Below are positions 37,871 through 49,367 of a stretch of 64,000 bases of DNA, in pieces. The translations under genes were made by a program, and so were the position numbers. The stretch covers positions 2,285,324 through 2,349,323 of the forward strand of contig OZ316891.1 in the NCBI GenBank assembly GCA_973895155.1. The letters are read 5' to 3'. This DNA comes from Marsupella aquatica (lineage: Eukaryota; Plantae; Marchantiophyta). Position 1 is the first letter of the stretch, and the number at the start of each line of letters is the position of its first letter. Below the pieces are notes generated by a model, which had not been told where the DNA came from, did not search any database, and saw only the letters and a program-made list of their open reading frames with translations.

Positions 37871-39148
37871 CGATTGAGATGCACCTTGCAATGCGATTCT
37901 GAAGTTTGATAGCAATGCACTGTGTAGTGTGTAAATACAAATAACACAAGGGCAGATTGAAGCAATAGCACTGCACTATGCAATGTGTGAGTACACAAGA
38001 CATGAGGGCCTCGTGGGAATCTTCTGTGATTGCTCACAATAATTTCATACTTCTCAAAAGTGGCGCCATGTTGGGTTACTTTTCAGGCCCATGTCAAGAT
38101 CATGTGACGCCTGGACAGATTGCAAGCGTTAATGCCAATGGAAGTTGCAAGGTGGGTTGTATCCGGCAACCTCCAAAGCTGGCAATGTGGCCGCCAGCAT
38201 CTAGAATTTTTTATGTTGACCGGCAAAGAAATGGGGAATGATATGGGGGAACCGATGGGGAGGTGAACTCAGTGTTTTTTATAGTGGCAAAATTTTGCCA
38301 AATTCCACCTCCCAAAAAATCTTTCGCTACTATGTTTTATGATTAGCCAAGGTTCCACCTAATCACAGGCCCCATCAACCAGAATCTAATGATAAGCCTT
38401 AAATCTTATGGAGATCTGATGGTCAGGAAAATAATTGAATAGGGAATCTTTTGAGCATCTTCTCCTTCACACACTTTACATTTTGCCACTCTCACGAAAA
38501 AGTAAAATACTTAAAAACTAAGCTGGTGACTTCCAAGAGTGACCGCCAAATAGGCCATCGCTGGAGATAGCTTAGAACAATTAAGTTGAGCAGCCAAGCA
38601 TCACTACACAAACAAGGGATGGATAGATGTATTATTGTGTTCGATAATGCCAGAGCTATCCCCTGAAAGTAGAATGAGGGCCAAGGCTGCAGGGTAGGGC
38701 ATGCTTTCGTGGTGCAATGTTTGTGTAGACCGCGTTCAGATAGTAACGGGGTTGGGTGTTTGCCCCGGCTCGAAATGGCTGAGCTGGACTAGCACGGATG
38801 AAATGGCTGAGCTGGACTAGCGCGGATGAAGGATCAGCGTAGCTTGGGCATGGGGTGAATGTCAAGCAATCTGAATGGAAGGTCCCCGGCAAAACCAGCC
38901 TCCAAGAATAAAAGGAGGACATCCTTAGAAGGAATGCCATCTTGTAGGTTTTTTATCTAAGTATTTTTAGTCGAAGAAAACAAGTCAAGGTAGCGCACTG
39001 TTCGTGTCGGAGAGGGCCAGGGTGACTTGTAGGCATCAATCGTTCAGAAGTGAAGTCAGAGACGAGCTGAGCGCCCTACTGGTGGGTTTATTGTCGTCTA
39101 TTGTGAACAGTCCAGAGGAACGACAAGAGTTACAGAAATAGGAAGAGG

Positions 39149-39814
39149 ATGAAGCTGCGAGTAATTCCACCTACTTACCCAGACATGAGCACTACAACTG
39201 CTATTGTTGCTGGTGGTGAGCCCGCTGCTCTCCATCCTGCGTGTGTTGGTGGTAGTAACGGTGTAGTGCCAGCTCACCCGCTCCCCCTGCCGCCGCTCAA
39301 TTGGGATAACTACTCAACATATATTGTGCAGGTTCAGCAAACGTTCAAGGACGTCAAACCGAAGTTCTATAGATTTAAGAAGATCATGTGGGAGTGTTTT
39401 GTTCGGGGAATTGACGCTTCCAAGGCAGTCTTGAAAGTGACCGAAGCCTTTAAAGGTCATCGGTTGCTCCTTTATGGCTTCAACTCATTTATCCCCAAGG
39501 GCTTCTCTATCACTTCCCCGGACCATTATGACCAGGCCTTGCACTATCTCTGCGGAGTTCAGAAGCGCTTTGCGAGACAAGGACATGTCTACGAAGAGTT
39601 TCTCAAGATCTTGAGCAAGGACCGTAACGAAGGAACAGCGATCCCCGAAGTATACGAAGAGGTTGTGCATCTCTTCACGGAGCATCCCGATCTGGTGGCC
39701 CGGTTCCACTACTTTCTTCCGGATTCCAATGGTCCCGTATCCTCCAGTAAGAGCGTCACGTCGCCAGTCAGTTCCTTCCAGAAAAGATTGGATTCTCTGC
39801 AGGAGGCGTTGTAA
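39149..39814 (+). CDS. Intronless PAH1+PAH2-only SIN3-like (paired amphipathic helix) protein, 221 aa
   Basis: Open ATG-to-TAA frame. PAH1: YIVQVQQTF..GIDASKAVLKVTEAFKGHRLLLYGFNSFIPKGF. PAH2: YDQALHYLCGVQKRF..VYEEFLKIL..VYEEVVHLFTEHPDLVARFHYFLPD. AATAAA at 39990. Confidence 0.88.
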   Translation: MKLRVIPPTYPDMSTTTAIVAGGEPAALHPACVGGSNGVVPAHPLPLPPLNWDNYSTYIVQVQQTFKDVKPKFYRFKKIMWECFVRGIDASKAVLKVTEAFKGHRLLLYGFNSFIPKGFSITSPDHYDQALHYLCGVQKRFARQGHVYEEFLKILSKDRNEGTAIPEVYEEVVHLFTEHPDLVARFHYFLPDSNGPVSSSKSVTSPVSSFQKRLDSLQEAL

Positions 39815-42149
39815 AAATCTCTCGTTGCCAATCCCACTAGTCCCGTGTCCTCGAGGACTAATATCGCAGATTGAGAGTCATAGCTGTCCATAGGCGGAGA
39901 AGACGGCGTGCATAATCAAAGAGTATGAGTACCCACTATTCTACACTACTCGATGTGGGTAATGCAGTACATCTGTATACACCAGTGCCAATAAATTTGG
40001 AATAACGGTCTTTGATTACAGTGTGTAATTCGAAGGTCTCGTTTTTGTTGTTAACTTTGTCTCACATCATATCTCTGTAATAAATCGCTAGTGGACATGC
40101 ACAATGTATTGGAGTTTGGATAAATTTTTGAATAGTGTTGCTGTAACACGAGAAGAGTTTGAGTAGATCTCATGCGTGTCATTCCTTTGCTGGAAACGAG
40201 CACTACGTACAAATAGATCTATGCTTAGATCGGTAAATATGATTTATTTGGTAATTATCAAAGAGTACTGCAACATGTTGAAAATGCGCAGAGTCGCAGG
40301 CAACTCGTTCAGTGCGCCACCAGAGAGACTTGCCCGAAGCTCTTATACCAGCTGGAAGATTACCTTGCCCAGGTTCAACAAAACAATTGTACAATCTTAT
40401 AGCGACTCAGCAATCCATTCACAATTTGAGGCGCAGTAGCCTTGGTTGATCTCCACTTCGCATCAGCGGCAATGGCGTTCTTCTTCGTGCACAAAATGCG
40501 CTCATCACGAATAAGATGTAGAATGAAGTTGATCCATTCTCAGATTAACACTGCGCGCTCCCTTTGCAGCGATGTCTGAGATTCGGTGGCTTGTGGTACC
40601 CAAGTCCCCCAGAAGAGTGGGTCATTTTCGCCTATCATTAGCGAGATCTTCGTCAGAAATTTAAGATGTCTGTCTAGACGTTAACATTGGTTAGACAGAT
40701 CATTCGCTGGCTGGGCTATAGAAAGGTCTACCTGGTGCGTCTCAAATAGCTAGTACTCTAGACCATCTCCGGTTAAAAACGTAGAATTTTTTCAAAGCGT
40801 TTCATGACTATTCTTTTGAACGTGTTTTTGGTTGGAACAATTTAAGCAAATGATGCCAATTGCTCTGTAACGGAACTTTTCTTTTTTCCTTCATAAATTG
40901 TTGGGTTCTTTCCTGATCTGTCAAACATAATAACATCTAGCCGATAAGTACATAGTTTGTGGAAGATTGAATTGCACCCTGTAAGTCTGAAATAAAATCT
41001 GTTGGAATGCATTCTCCATGTTCTTCGACTTAAGAGCTGAGGTTCCTAAGAAGGAAGGACCTCTCTCCCTCTGCCAATCACTGCCCATTATCTGCCGATT
41101 GCAGCGGATGACCAGGCTCCTTGTAACTCGGAAACGATGCTATCATTCCCCCTTCCTTCATCGTCAACTTCAGAAATCTTGTAATTAATATAAAAGAACA
41201 ACACAACGCTCCATATTCATCAATCTACAGAACCCCGATCAATTTTGAAATTCAAGGCCTTGAACTGAATTACAATCGAAAACAGCCTGCGTGGCACGAA
41301 ATTTCACCCAGTCAATGGAAAGTTCCATGACTACAGTCGACCAGGGATAACAATGGAGGAATAAATCATTGTATCTCAGGATCTCTCAATCTGATCGACC
41401 AAACTGCAGCAAAAGCAAACGTGAGGACTTCGACGAGTAGCTTGAAAAGGAGTTTTACCACGCGACCCTCTTTCCGAAGGTCCCTCGAGCAAGGGCCAGA
41501 TGAGCTATTCAGGAGTCGGCTAGTGACTTGCGAACGAGTTCATTCAGTTTCCACAAGTTGAAATCATAGCACAGACAAGGTAAGCTGAACCTAACCCGAA
41601 ACCCTAGCCCCTAAACTTTGGTCTAAATTCCAATATTACCAACTAATAGTTTTTCATGGTTTTTGGCTCCTGTGCGTGTCATCCATAGATTTGAATCCTG
41701 CCTATTGAAATGAACTACCTTATAATATTATTTCAAAAAAGTTCTCATCTCTCTCTTATGGACACCCATGGGAAGCTCCTTTCAAAATCTCTAGCACCAT
41801 TTTGAGCCAAGTCATCAGGTCCTATCACAAACACGAACAATGATGTTCTCAACAAGAAACAAACACAACTGTTAGTGTTTGATTGCAAGGCAAGGAAACA
41901 TAATTTTATACTCAATAACGGTAAAAAGATCAAAAAATAGAAAAATAAAGTTTAGAACAACAAACAATTGAGTACAGCAAAGTTTATTTTGATGTGTAGT
42001 CACTAATATATCAGTGTTCTACATCACATTCCTGTATTTTTTAGTTTTTTGAAAGTTTTTGAGAAAACAAAGAGATAGAAATACAAATAGTTAGAACCCC
42101 TTAAGCTCCAGATTTTGAAACAAAATAATCAATGACATAGTGAAAACCA

Positions 42150-42742
42150 AAGAAATTTAGAAACTCATGATCTCGTTAGTACTTGCTAAAGTCTCCCAAT
42201 GTCATACCCATTGGAGAGGTAGTGAAAATTAGAAACTCATCATCTCTTTAAATAAATACTTTTCAAAATTTGTCAATGACAAGTTCATTGGGAAGCTACA
42301 AAAATTTACAGACTCATGATCTTTTGCTATTTGACAAACTCCCAATGTCACACATTAGAAAGCTAGAGTGATTAAAAAACTCATGATCTTCTCACTATTT
42401 GATGAAATTTGACATAAATTTTGTCCATATTGGACTCAATGCTGGAAAGCTAGAAGAATGAATGAATTCACAATCTTTTTAGGACTTAACAAAATTTCCT
42501 CAATGTCACACTCAAAATAGAGAAATTCAAAATATTTATCATTCTAGACAGTACTTGACAAAATCTGCCAATTAATGTGATGCTCATTGGAAACCCAGAG
42601 AAATTAAGAAAATCATGATCTTGTTCTCACTCATCTCTCAATGAAACCTCTCATGCTAAATACTTAGAAGCATTCTAGAAAATGGAACATTGAGAATGAG
42701 TCTAACATTGGCAGATTTTGTCATTACTAACAAGATCATGGG
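42150..42742. repeat. Degenerate ~70-bp tandem array ending in one inverted unit
   Basis: Recurrent AAACTCATGATCT..CAATGTCA..CATTGGAAAGCTAG. The segment 42698-42740 is the reverse complement of the unit. Confidence 0.65.
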
Positions 42743-44187
42743 CCCTCCATCCATTTGGTTCCCGTGAGTTTGAGAAATGGGTTGAGGGCCATCTGGACTC
42801 ATACTTCCAGATTATTCAAAGGACTAATAAAGATAACGCTAGTAACTACTCCTATTAGGGCTGGTAGGTAGGCCCCACAGCCTAAAGCGGCAACAAACAA
42901 ATAGAATTTGCTACAAAATCCAGCTAATGGGGGTATTCCTGGGTATGAGAACATAGTAATAGACAGGGTAATAGCTAAAATAGGATTAGTTTTGGCTAGA
43001 ACAACAAAGCCAGGCGCGTAGCGTTGCTCTTGGGAAAGTAAAAAAAAAACAAATCGAAGATATTAAACGTAGGCTCAAAAAGAAACTAGATATGACACTC
43101 CCATACTGGAATAGGGATTGGAATGTTTGGGTTGGGTTCATAATTAGACAATGATGTGGAGATGAATAGGAGATACATAATGAATTGCAACATGAATTAA
43201 AAGATCCAAGAGAAGATGATCTAGGCAATTAGCTTCACTGATCATGAAGGTACGAGCAATTCAAAAACAGGAGGAAGCGGCAAGATGAGCACTAGTATAG
43301 GATCCAAATTCCTTCATTTCCCAAGTTCCCCACACACTTTGTTCACATAATTATAGGTGGTCATGTAGGGCTCATATAACAAGACACATAACTTTGATAT
43401 CACTTGAAATATTTTCAAGTACTTGTCTCTCATTGAATTAAAGTATTGCTGTAGGGAGCAAGGGCTTCTCTCATTGAATTTAAGAATTGTTATAGAGAGA
43501 TGGGTCCACGATCTAATTAAAAGTAAGTTTTGCTGTGAGGTCTCTGGGTCCCAAAATCTGATTGATGTATCCTTTTATTCTAGCCTTTATCTACTAAAAT
43601 CATTTTCCCATAACAACACAACCACACTAGGTAGACATGTAAGTGACTGGATATTCATATTAAATCATGATTATAGTTGAACTGTATTCAGCTAGCTGGC
43701 ACAGGTTAAATACACCATTACTTAGGGGTATACAAGTATGTGGACACTTGAACCCATTGGCCAAACCCTGGGTCGGTCGGCCAGCTAGGGGACCTGGCTT
43801 TTGCCATTAGGAATGTCTCAACCCTACGTACTCCCAACAAACCTTCCATGGTACAAAAAATCATACAGAAATTCCTCAAAATTCTCAAAAAATTGCGTGC
43901 ATCAGTTTGGGACAATTTTGGGGCTTTCCATAACAACAATGCAAAGATTATGGACTACCTGAGAGTTGTCTGACTCAAGCTCATCCACAGCCTGCACACC
44001 CACCAACACACACTCATGATTCTGCAATGACTTCAATAGGGAGGGAGGTACAGCTTTTTTTTAACCTGTCCCCTGAATTACCCAATAATATTAACGTGTT
44101 CCCCAAACAAAATAAATTATCAACCTGTCCCCCATTTTGTATTCCGGTTAGTTTTAACTTTATACGGGCCAAGGTGGGGTAAGGCCG

Positions 44188-44250
44188 GGGGTAAGGCTTG
44201 CCAATAGTGACTTGCCATTGCGGCAAGTCACTATTGGCAAGCCTTACCCC
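44188..44250. repeat. Perfect 29-bp inverted repeat with a 5-nt loop
   Basis: GGGGTAAGGCTTGCCAATAGTGACTTGCC-ATTGC-GGCAAGTCACTATTGGCAAGCCTTACCCC. Confidence 0.97.
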
Positions 44251-46379
44251 ACCTCGACCCCCTCCCTGTTGCAGGGCACAGTTGCAATCCTGGAGGGATT
44301 TATATAGTTAAGTGATTTTTTGCTCCACAGTCTCACAAAAACCTGACACTTTTGGCCTTCATTTTGGCAGCTTCTCAAAATAATATGTAGTTCTTCTTTC
44401 TTGTCAATTAGCCACTTGTATTTTTGGGTTGAGATTGTCTCAATCCAACATTAAAAAAATTGTTTTTCTCTGAAGAGTTGCACAACCAAGACCTTGTCCC
44501 CTCAAGCAAAAACTTGATTCTAGATTATGTCTTCATAAGGTCGTAACTCATACTAGAGGCCATAGGACCCTTCTATGCAGTTCATTCCTGAGTTCTACCA
44601 CTCAGGCTCTTCAGTTTGCCCATCAGTAGGTTTTGGGCTTGTGGCCTTTTGGTCCTCGGTTGCTGTTTCTTTGCTTCTTGGCCTTTCTTGGCCCTTTCCC
44701 CTTGATTGGTTTTTTGCCTGAGGGATCATGTTTCCAGGTTGGGTGCCCCTTGTCTTTTTGCAGTTTGAAATATAAATTTATTACGGGTCCATCAATGGAA
44801 AATCTGATTCATCGAGAGGGGAAAAAAAATTGTAAACACCTGAATGCTGATATGGACTCCATCGAGACCCCAAACTCTGATCGAGACCACAAACAAATGA
44901 TTTCAAACCCTGCACAGAAAACCTGAAGTGGCCATGAAGTCTTCACAGACATGATCTTAAAGGAGCAACTAAATGTAATTGAGAAGATGTCTACCCTACC
45001 AGGTAAGCATTGCACAGTCTAGCTATAATACTAAAACGTTTCTCCCGTCACGGCTTTGGGCCTCGAAATACTTATGGACACCTTCGGCAGAACTAGCCAG
45101 CTTTACCCCTCTTTCTGACATTCAAGTTCGAGATACTCATTTTCCCCAAGATCTAGTTAGTACAATGTATCTGGTAGACATTGACGACTCTTCCTGCATT
45201 CCTGAATCCAGATGTTTCTAAATAATTGAGAATGCAACGTAAGAATGTAGTACTCATCGAACAAATTTACTTATAACATGTCGAGGTCCACGTGTTCGTA
45301 TGATCATACATCGTCTCTCTGAAGAATGGACTGCAAGCGACTAGCATTTTGCAAAGTTTCTTCCCTTGAGTTACACAATTATGGACTGAACAATGTCTTC
45401 AGAACATAATCAAGGCATCCCTTTACGACGATCGATAATGGGTTGCTCCAACATGTTATTCTTTAGTAAGACAAGACATCAAATAGACAATATCGTCTCA
45501 CCTGCCACGGTACGTCCATGCAATTTCAGTGGTGCATGTATGTAACCGGTAATTAATGTTATCCAAGCTTCGCTTATTTTCTGAAAGCTAAATCCGGACC
45601 GGAGAAGGACAACCAGCGCACACAGCGCCCTACACAGGGATGGCACCACGCACCACCAACCAGAGCCAGTCTGAAGGCCGCTGACCTCCTAAACTACTAC
45701 TGATAACTAAACGTCAAGTTAAAGCCCAGGATCCATATCAGTGCAACTGACACTTAGCTACCGTAATCCACACAGACAGTAGCACCGAGCTAGTGCCCGG
45801 GCAACAAACTGCAGTAAATAGTCGAGATCTAAATTGGAGTTGAGGTGGGAGCGGTCCTGGTGCTCGTCCTGGTGCCATAGCTAGGTCCCCAGTGCACAGC
45901 AAAAGCTGTAATTCTCAAATTGATGGCCCCCTCGATCAGTCTCTCCTAACTTTCCGAAGGAGGTCCTTGCATCAATCTGCAAAGGCAGCGTCACGGAGGG
46001 ATACTTGGTCACGGTGGTACTCTTCAAACTTTCACTGGAACTTGTGAACATGCATTACATGCCAGAGTGACAGTTGTACAGCCTCTTAAGTATTCGGGTC
46101 TCACAGAACAGGCTTGAAAACCTCAAATAGCTTGCCGAACTTTGCTGAGATGACCACTCAAGGTCCCGACCATTCATGATTTCTTCCTGAGATCCAGGCT
46201 GCTCGGCAAGCGTATGGGGCTGGCCTGTAGTTGGTGTTGTAGATGAAGATGCAGTTTTGGCTTTGTATTTGATGGAGATTATTGCTCTGTGATAGGACCT
46301 GAACTGCCTTGTAGCAGGTCCGACGTTTCATGCTCAATGGTTATGTCGAGAACAGAGGTTCTGCTGGAAGATGTTCGAT

Positions 46380-47333
46380 TCAGCCGTTTAAAGTACTACT
46401 GGGCATGACTAGCTTGCAATCTGAATTGTTGTTCGAGAGGTGACATAGTCTCGCGCGATGCTCTTCCAATCGTTTTTTCCGCAAGTCTAAAGCCCCAACA
46501 AAAACTGTTTGTGTTCTTCTATTGATCCTGGGGATTCGTTTAGCGTGTTCATCATTACCGCCCTCGATTGCATTGGAAATGACTCCACAAGATTGTGCAA
46601 GTCCACCTTTAATGACATCATCGGCTCGATCTGTTCGCGGTGACTCCACCAGATTGTACAAGTCCACCATTATTGCCCCAATTGGTTCGATCCATTCTCA
46701 GTGGTTTCAGAAGTTCGTACAGGCCCACCGTTAATACCGTAATAAGCTGTTCCATTTGGGGTGATTTCACCAGACTGCAAGGCCACCATTGAAGCCCCAA
46801 TTGGCTTCATCCTGGGTGACTTCAGAAGATTGTGCAAGTCAACCATTAACAACCCAGTAGCTTGCTCCAGTTGCAGCAGTGATTTCACCACATTGTGCCA
46901 GTCCACCATTAAAGCCCCAATTGGCTCCACTACGGGTGACTCCAGGCGACTGTGCAGCCGACCTTTTGGACTGATGTCCTGCTTTTTCCAATGGCGGCCT
47001 TGGAGAGATTCTGCAGCTCTGGGAGCGTTGAATACACCCGACCGATTGTGCAAGTCCACCATTGAAGCCACAATTGGCTCCACTGGGGATGAATCTAGGA
47101 GACTGCACAGCAGAGCTTTTCCACTGATCTTCTGCTTCTTCCATAATGGCAGCAGCGGAGATAATATTCTGCAGGTCAGGAGAGCAGCCAAATCTGAGTT
47201 GCTCGCAATCCCTTTTGGGTCCATAATTAAGCCAGTCATATTGGCTCTTCACCTCCTTCGCGCCCATGGCCGTCTTGGTCACAGATTCTGAGAGACTATC
47301 AAAATCGTGATCATGAAAGATCCCCAAAGCCAC
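46380..47333 (-). pseudogene. Unknown protein with about 7 repeats of 19-20 aa (consensus ANWGFNGGLAQSxEVT), frameshifted
   Basis: Differences between repeat units are mostly synonymous in the NWGFNGGLAQS frame (TTT/TTC, GGA/GGC/GGG, CTT/CTG, AAT/AAC). That frame is broken by a TGA at ~46839 and by small indels. Confidence 0.6.
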
Positions 47334-48348
47334 TCACAACAGGTCGGATATTTTCATTGATCATAACGGGGTGTCTGCCTGGCGTCCAGCTGAAGCAGCG
47401 GTCAGAGTCGGAATACGGACAGGCCCCAGAGGTAGGAGTCATTACAAATTGTACATATGTCGTTAAGTAACCATACTTAATCTGCCTCGATATTGAATTG
47501 TGGTGTTAGATACAGTAGGCGTAGTTAGTGAAAGCCCTCGATTTTGAGTGCGATCCGAACCACTCAACAACTCCGACAACGCCGCTAAGAAATCACCCAG
47601 GTACGTCATCACCTACACTGGCCATCCATCGGGTAGGTGTAGTCGACATAAACAGCGGAATAATTTCTTCTCACTATGTACTTTCCTCGAATGTTTGAGC
47701 CACGTACCTCGATCCTCTTGTCTAGCTAGCTTTGTCTCACCGTGTACCTCGTCCACTCTCTTCCACCAGCTTGTTTAGCAAATCTGTCAGTCCGTGACCT
47801 CGACAGCCTGTTGAACCAGGAGCTATGGGTCACAACCGCCATCAAATAACAGCATCACTTCAGCCTCGTGAGAAAAAAGGGAGTCTACAAAACGTAGAGT
47901 GTTAACTCCCTATATATTCACAGTATTACAGTTCCCATCATAAGCTTAAAATTGTGCTTACCTTTCAGCGGCAAGTACTCCGCTTACGAGCGAACAAGAT
48001 AGGCTATTAATAGCGATAATTGCTTGGTTTGAAATTTGAACAACATAGCTTAGTCTCGGTAGATTGCATTCTAAAACTTATAGCGCAACACAAGACTGCT
48101 ACATAAATTTCATACGCTCCCTTCTCCATATATGAAACCAACGAAGGAGTTTCACACTGCTATGTCGATCGATGTCTGGACCTTACAGAAATAAAAGTGT
48201 AACTCACAATTTGAATCGGAGGAGCTCAGACCTACCAGACGATAGGGTTGGCAATGCATAGTAGACATGAACAAAAGTTGAAAATTTATTTTTTTACACA
48301 CGCAAAATTCAGGGCTACGGGTCCCTGGACAGCCATTCATGGCTCTCT

Positions 48349-48637
48349 GTACCCGCTGCCCACAAACTGCTGCCCAAAACGCCCACAGAAATATAATTTA
48401 AGTATCATATTTAAGAGCATGTCCCAAAGATGTGCAGCAAGCTCTTGGTGGAGTGGTTGCACAGTCAGGTGGGGGGGGGGGGTGCACGGGGTTCAAATCT
48501 AGTGGGTGATTGTTGTGCTTTTTATACAAACCCCACCCAAAAGTGAGGTTCATACAGGCTTTTGTGACTCATCAAAAAACATGGATTTTTTAGTTTTTGT
48601 GGGCAGCGTAAAGGTGTGAGCGGGCAACGGCAGGTAC
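48349..48637. mobile_element. Small MITE-like element containing a tRNA-like A/B-box module
   Basis: Inverted GCTGCCCACAAA / TTTGTGGGCAGC subterminal repeats and GTAC ends. Inside: TGGTGGAGTGG (48446), GGTTCAAATC (48490), then hairpin AACCCCAC-CCAAAA-GTGAGGTT. Confidence 0.45.
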
Positions 48638-49367
48638 AACATTCCAGGGAATAGTCTCTTTGAATCACAAAAAGGAGTGGCAATGTACTAAATCTCATTT
48701 ATTGGCAAAGACCACATATGTCTGGAAGAGCGTGATTGGACTAGAAGGGTCTCATATTACACTCTGACAATAGGGGTGTCAAAATAGTGCCATAAAAAAA
48801 ATATGGGCAAGGACATAAACTCTTCTATCACCTCTTTCATGGCCAGGACATAACTCCTTACAGGCTACCTAGATACAAGCCCGGTAAGAATCTTTCTGTC
48901 CCACTTAAAGGCTACCTATATACACGCCCGGTAAGAATCTTTATGTCCCAAAAAGTTTACTCCGTTGGAGCTTCCTTAAGACCATCAATGAAATCTTCGG
49001 AAGCACAATCTTTACAGTCCTCCTGGAACCGACCTTGAATACAGAGGACCATACTCCACTTGCCTCTACAAATTGTATTCGCTGGAAGCCCCAATCGGCT
49101 GACTCCACTGGATGTTTGTTTTTCCTCAATTTCACACCGAGCTGAGGTTGTCAGCCATAAAAAGTGAGTTCAGAGCCCCGACTGCTAATTTTATGCTGAT
49201 TGCCATTTATTTTCTGGGCGAATTAACATCAGGTCGCATTTGAAGTTTCAGTTGTGATCTTACGCTGAAAGGCATTGCAGAGAGACAGTCAAGTGATTCA
49301 ACTGTCTTGGACTGGTCTCTGTGGATTCATCTGACCACCTTTGGCGGTGGATTTGTTGTTTGAATAG

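Larger units (their letters stand above)
34044..38571. mobile_element. Decayed PIF/Harbinger DNA transposon (nuclease plus Myb/SANT gene)
   Basis: Both Harbinger ORF remnants are present. The right end ..CGCTGGAGATAGC|TTA resembles Tourist/Harbinger TIRs with a TTA target. The left TIR is not securely identified (weak candidate TTA|GGCCCATCTC at 33715). Confidence 0.7.

Noticed and set aside
38571-39149. Functional link between the Harbinger element and the adjacent PAH gene (capture or domesticated chromatin module)
   Set aside because: The PAH gene lies outside the apparent right TIR and both Harbinger genes are dead, so the adjacency is probably incidental.
46670-47291. 189-aa (minus) and 176-aa (plus) ORFs as real genes
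   Set aside because: The substitution pattern between repeat units supports a different frame.
48440-48510. tRNA gene
   Set aside because: A/B-box-like motifs are present but there is no cloverleaf; a G12 run replaces the anticodon region.
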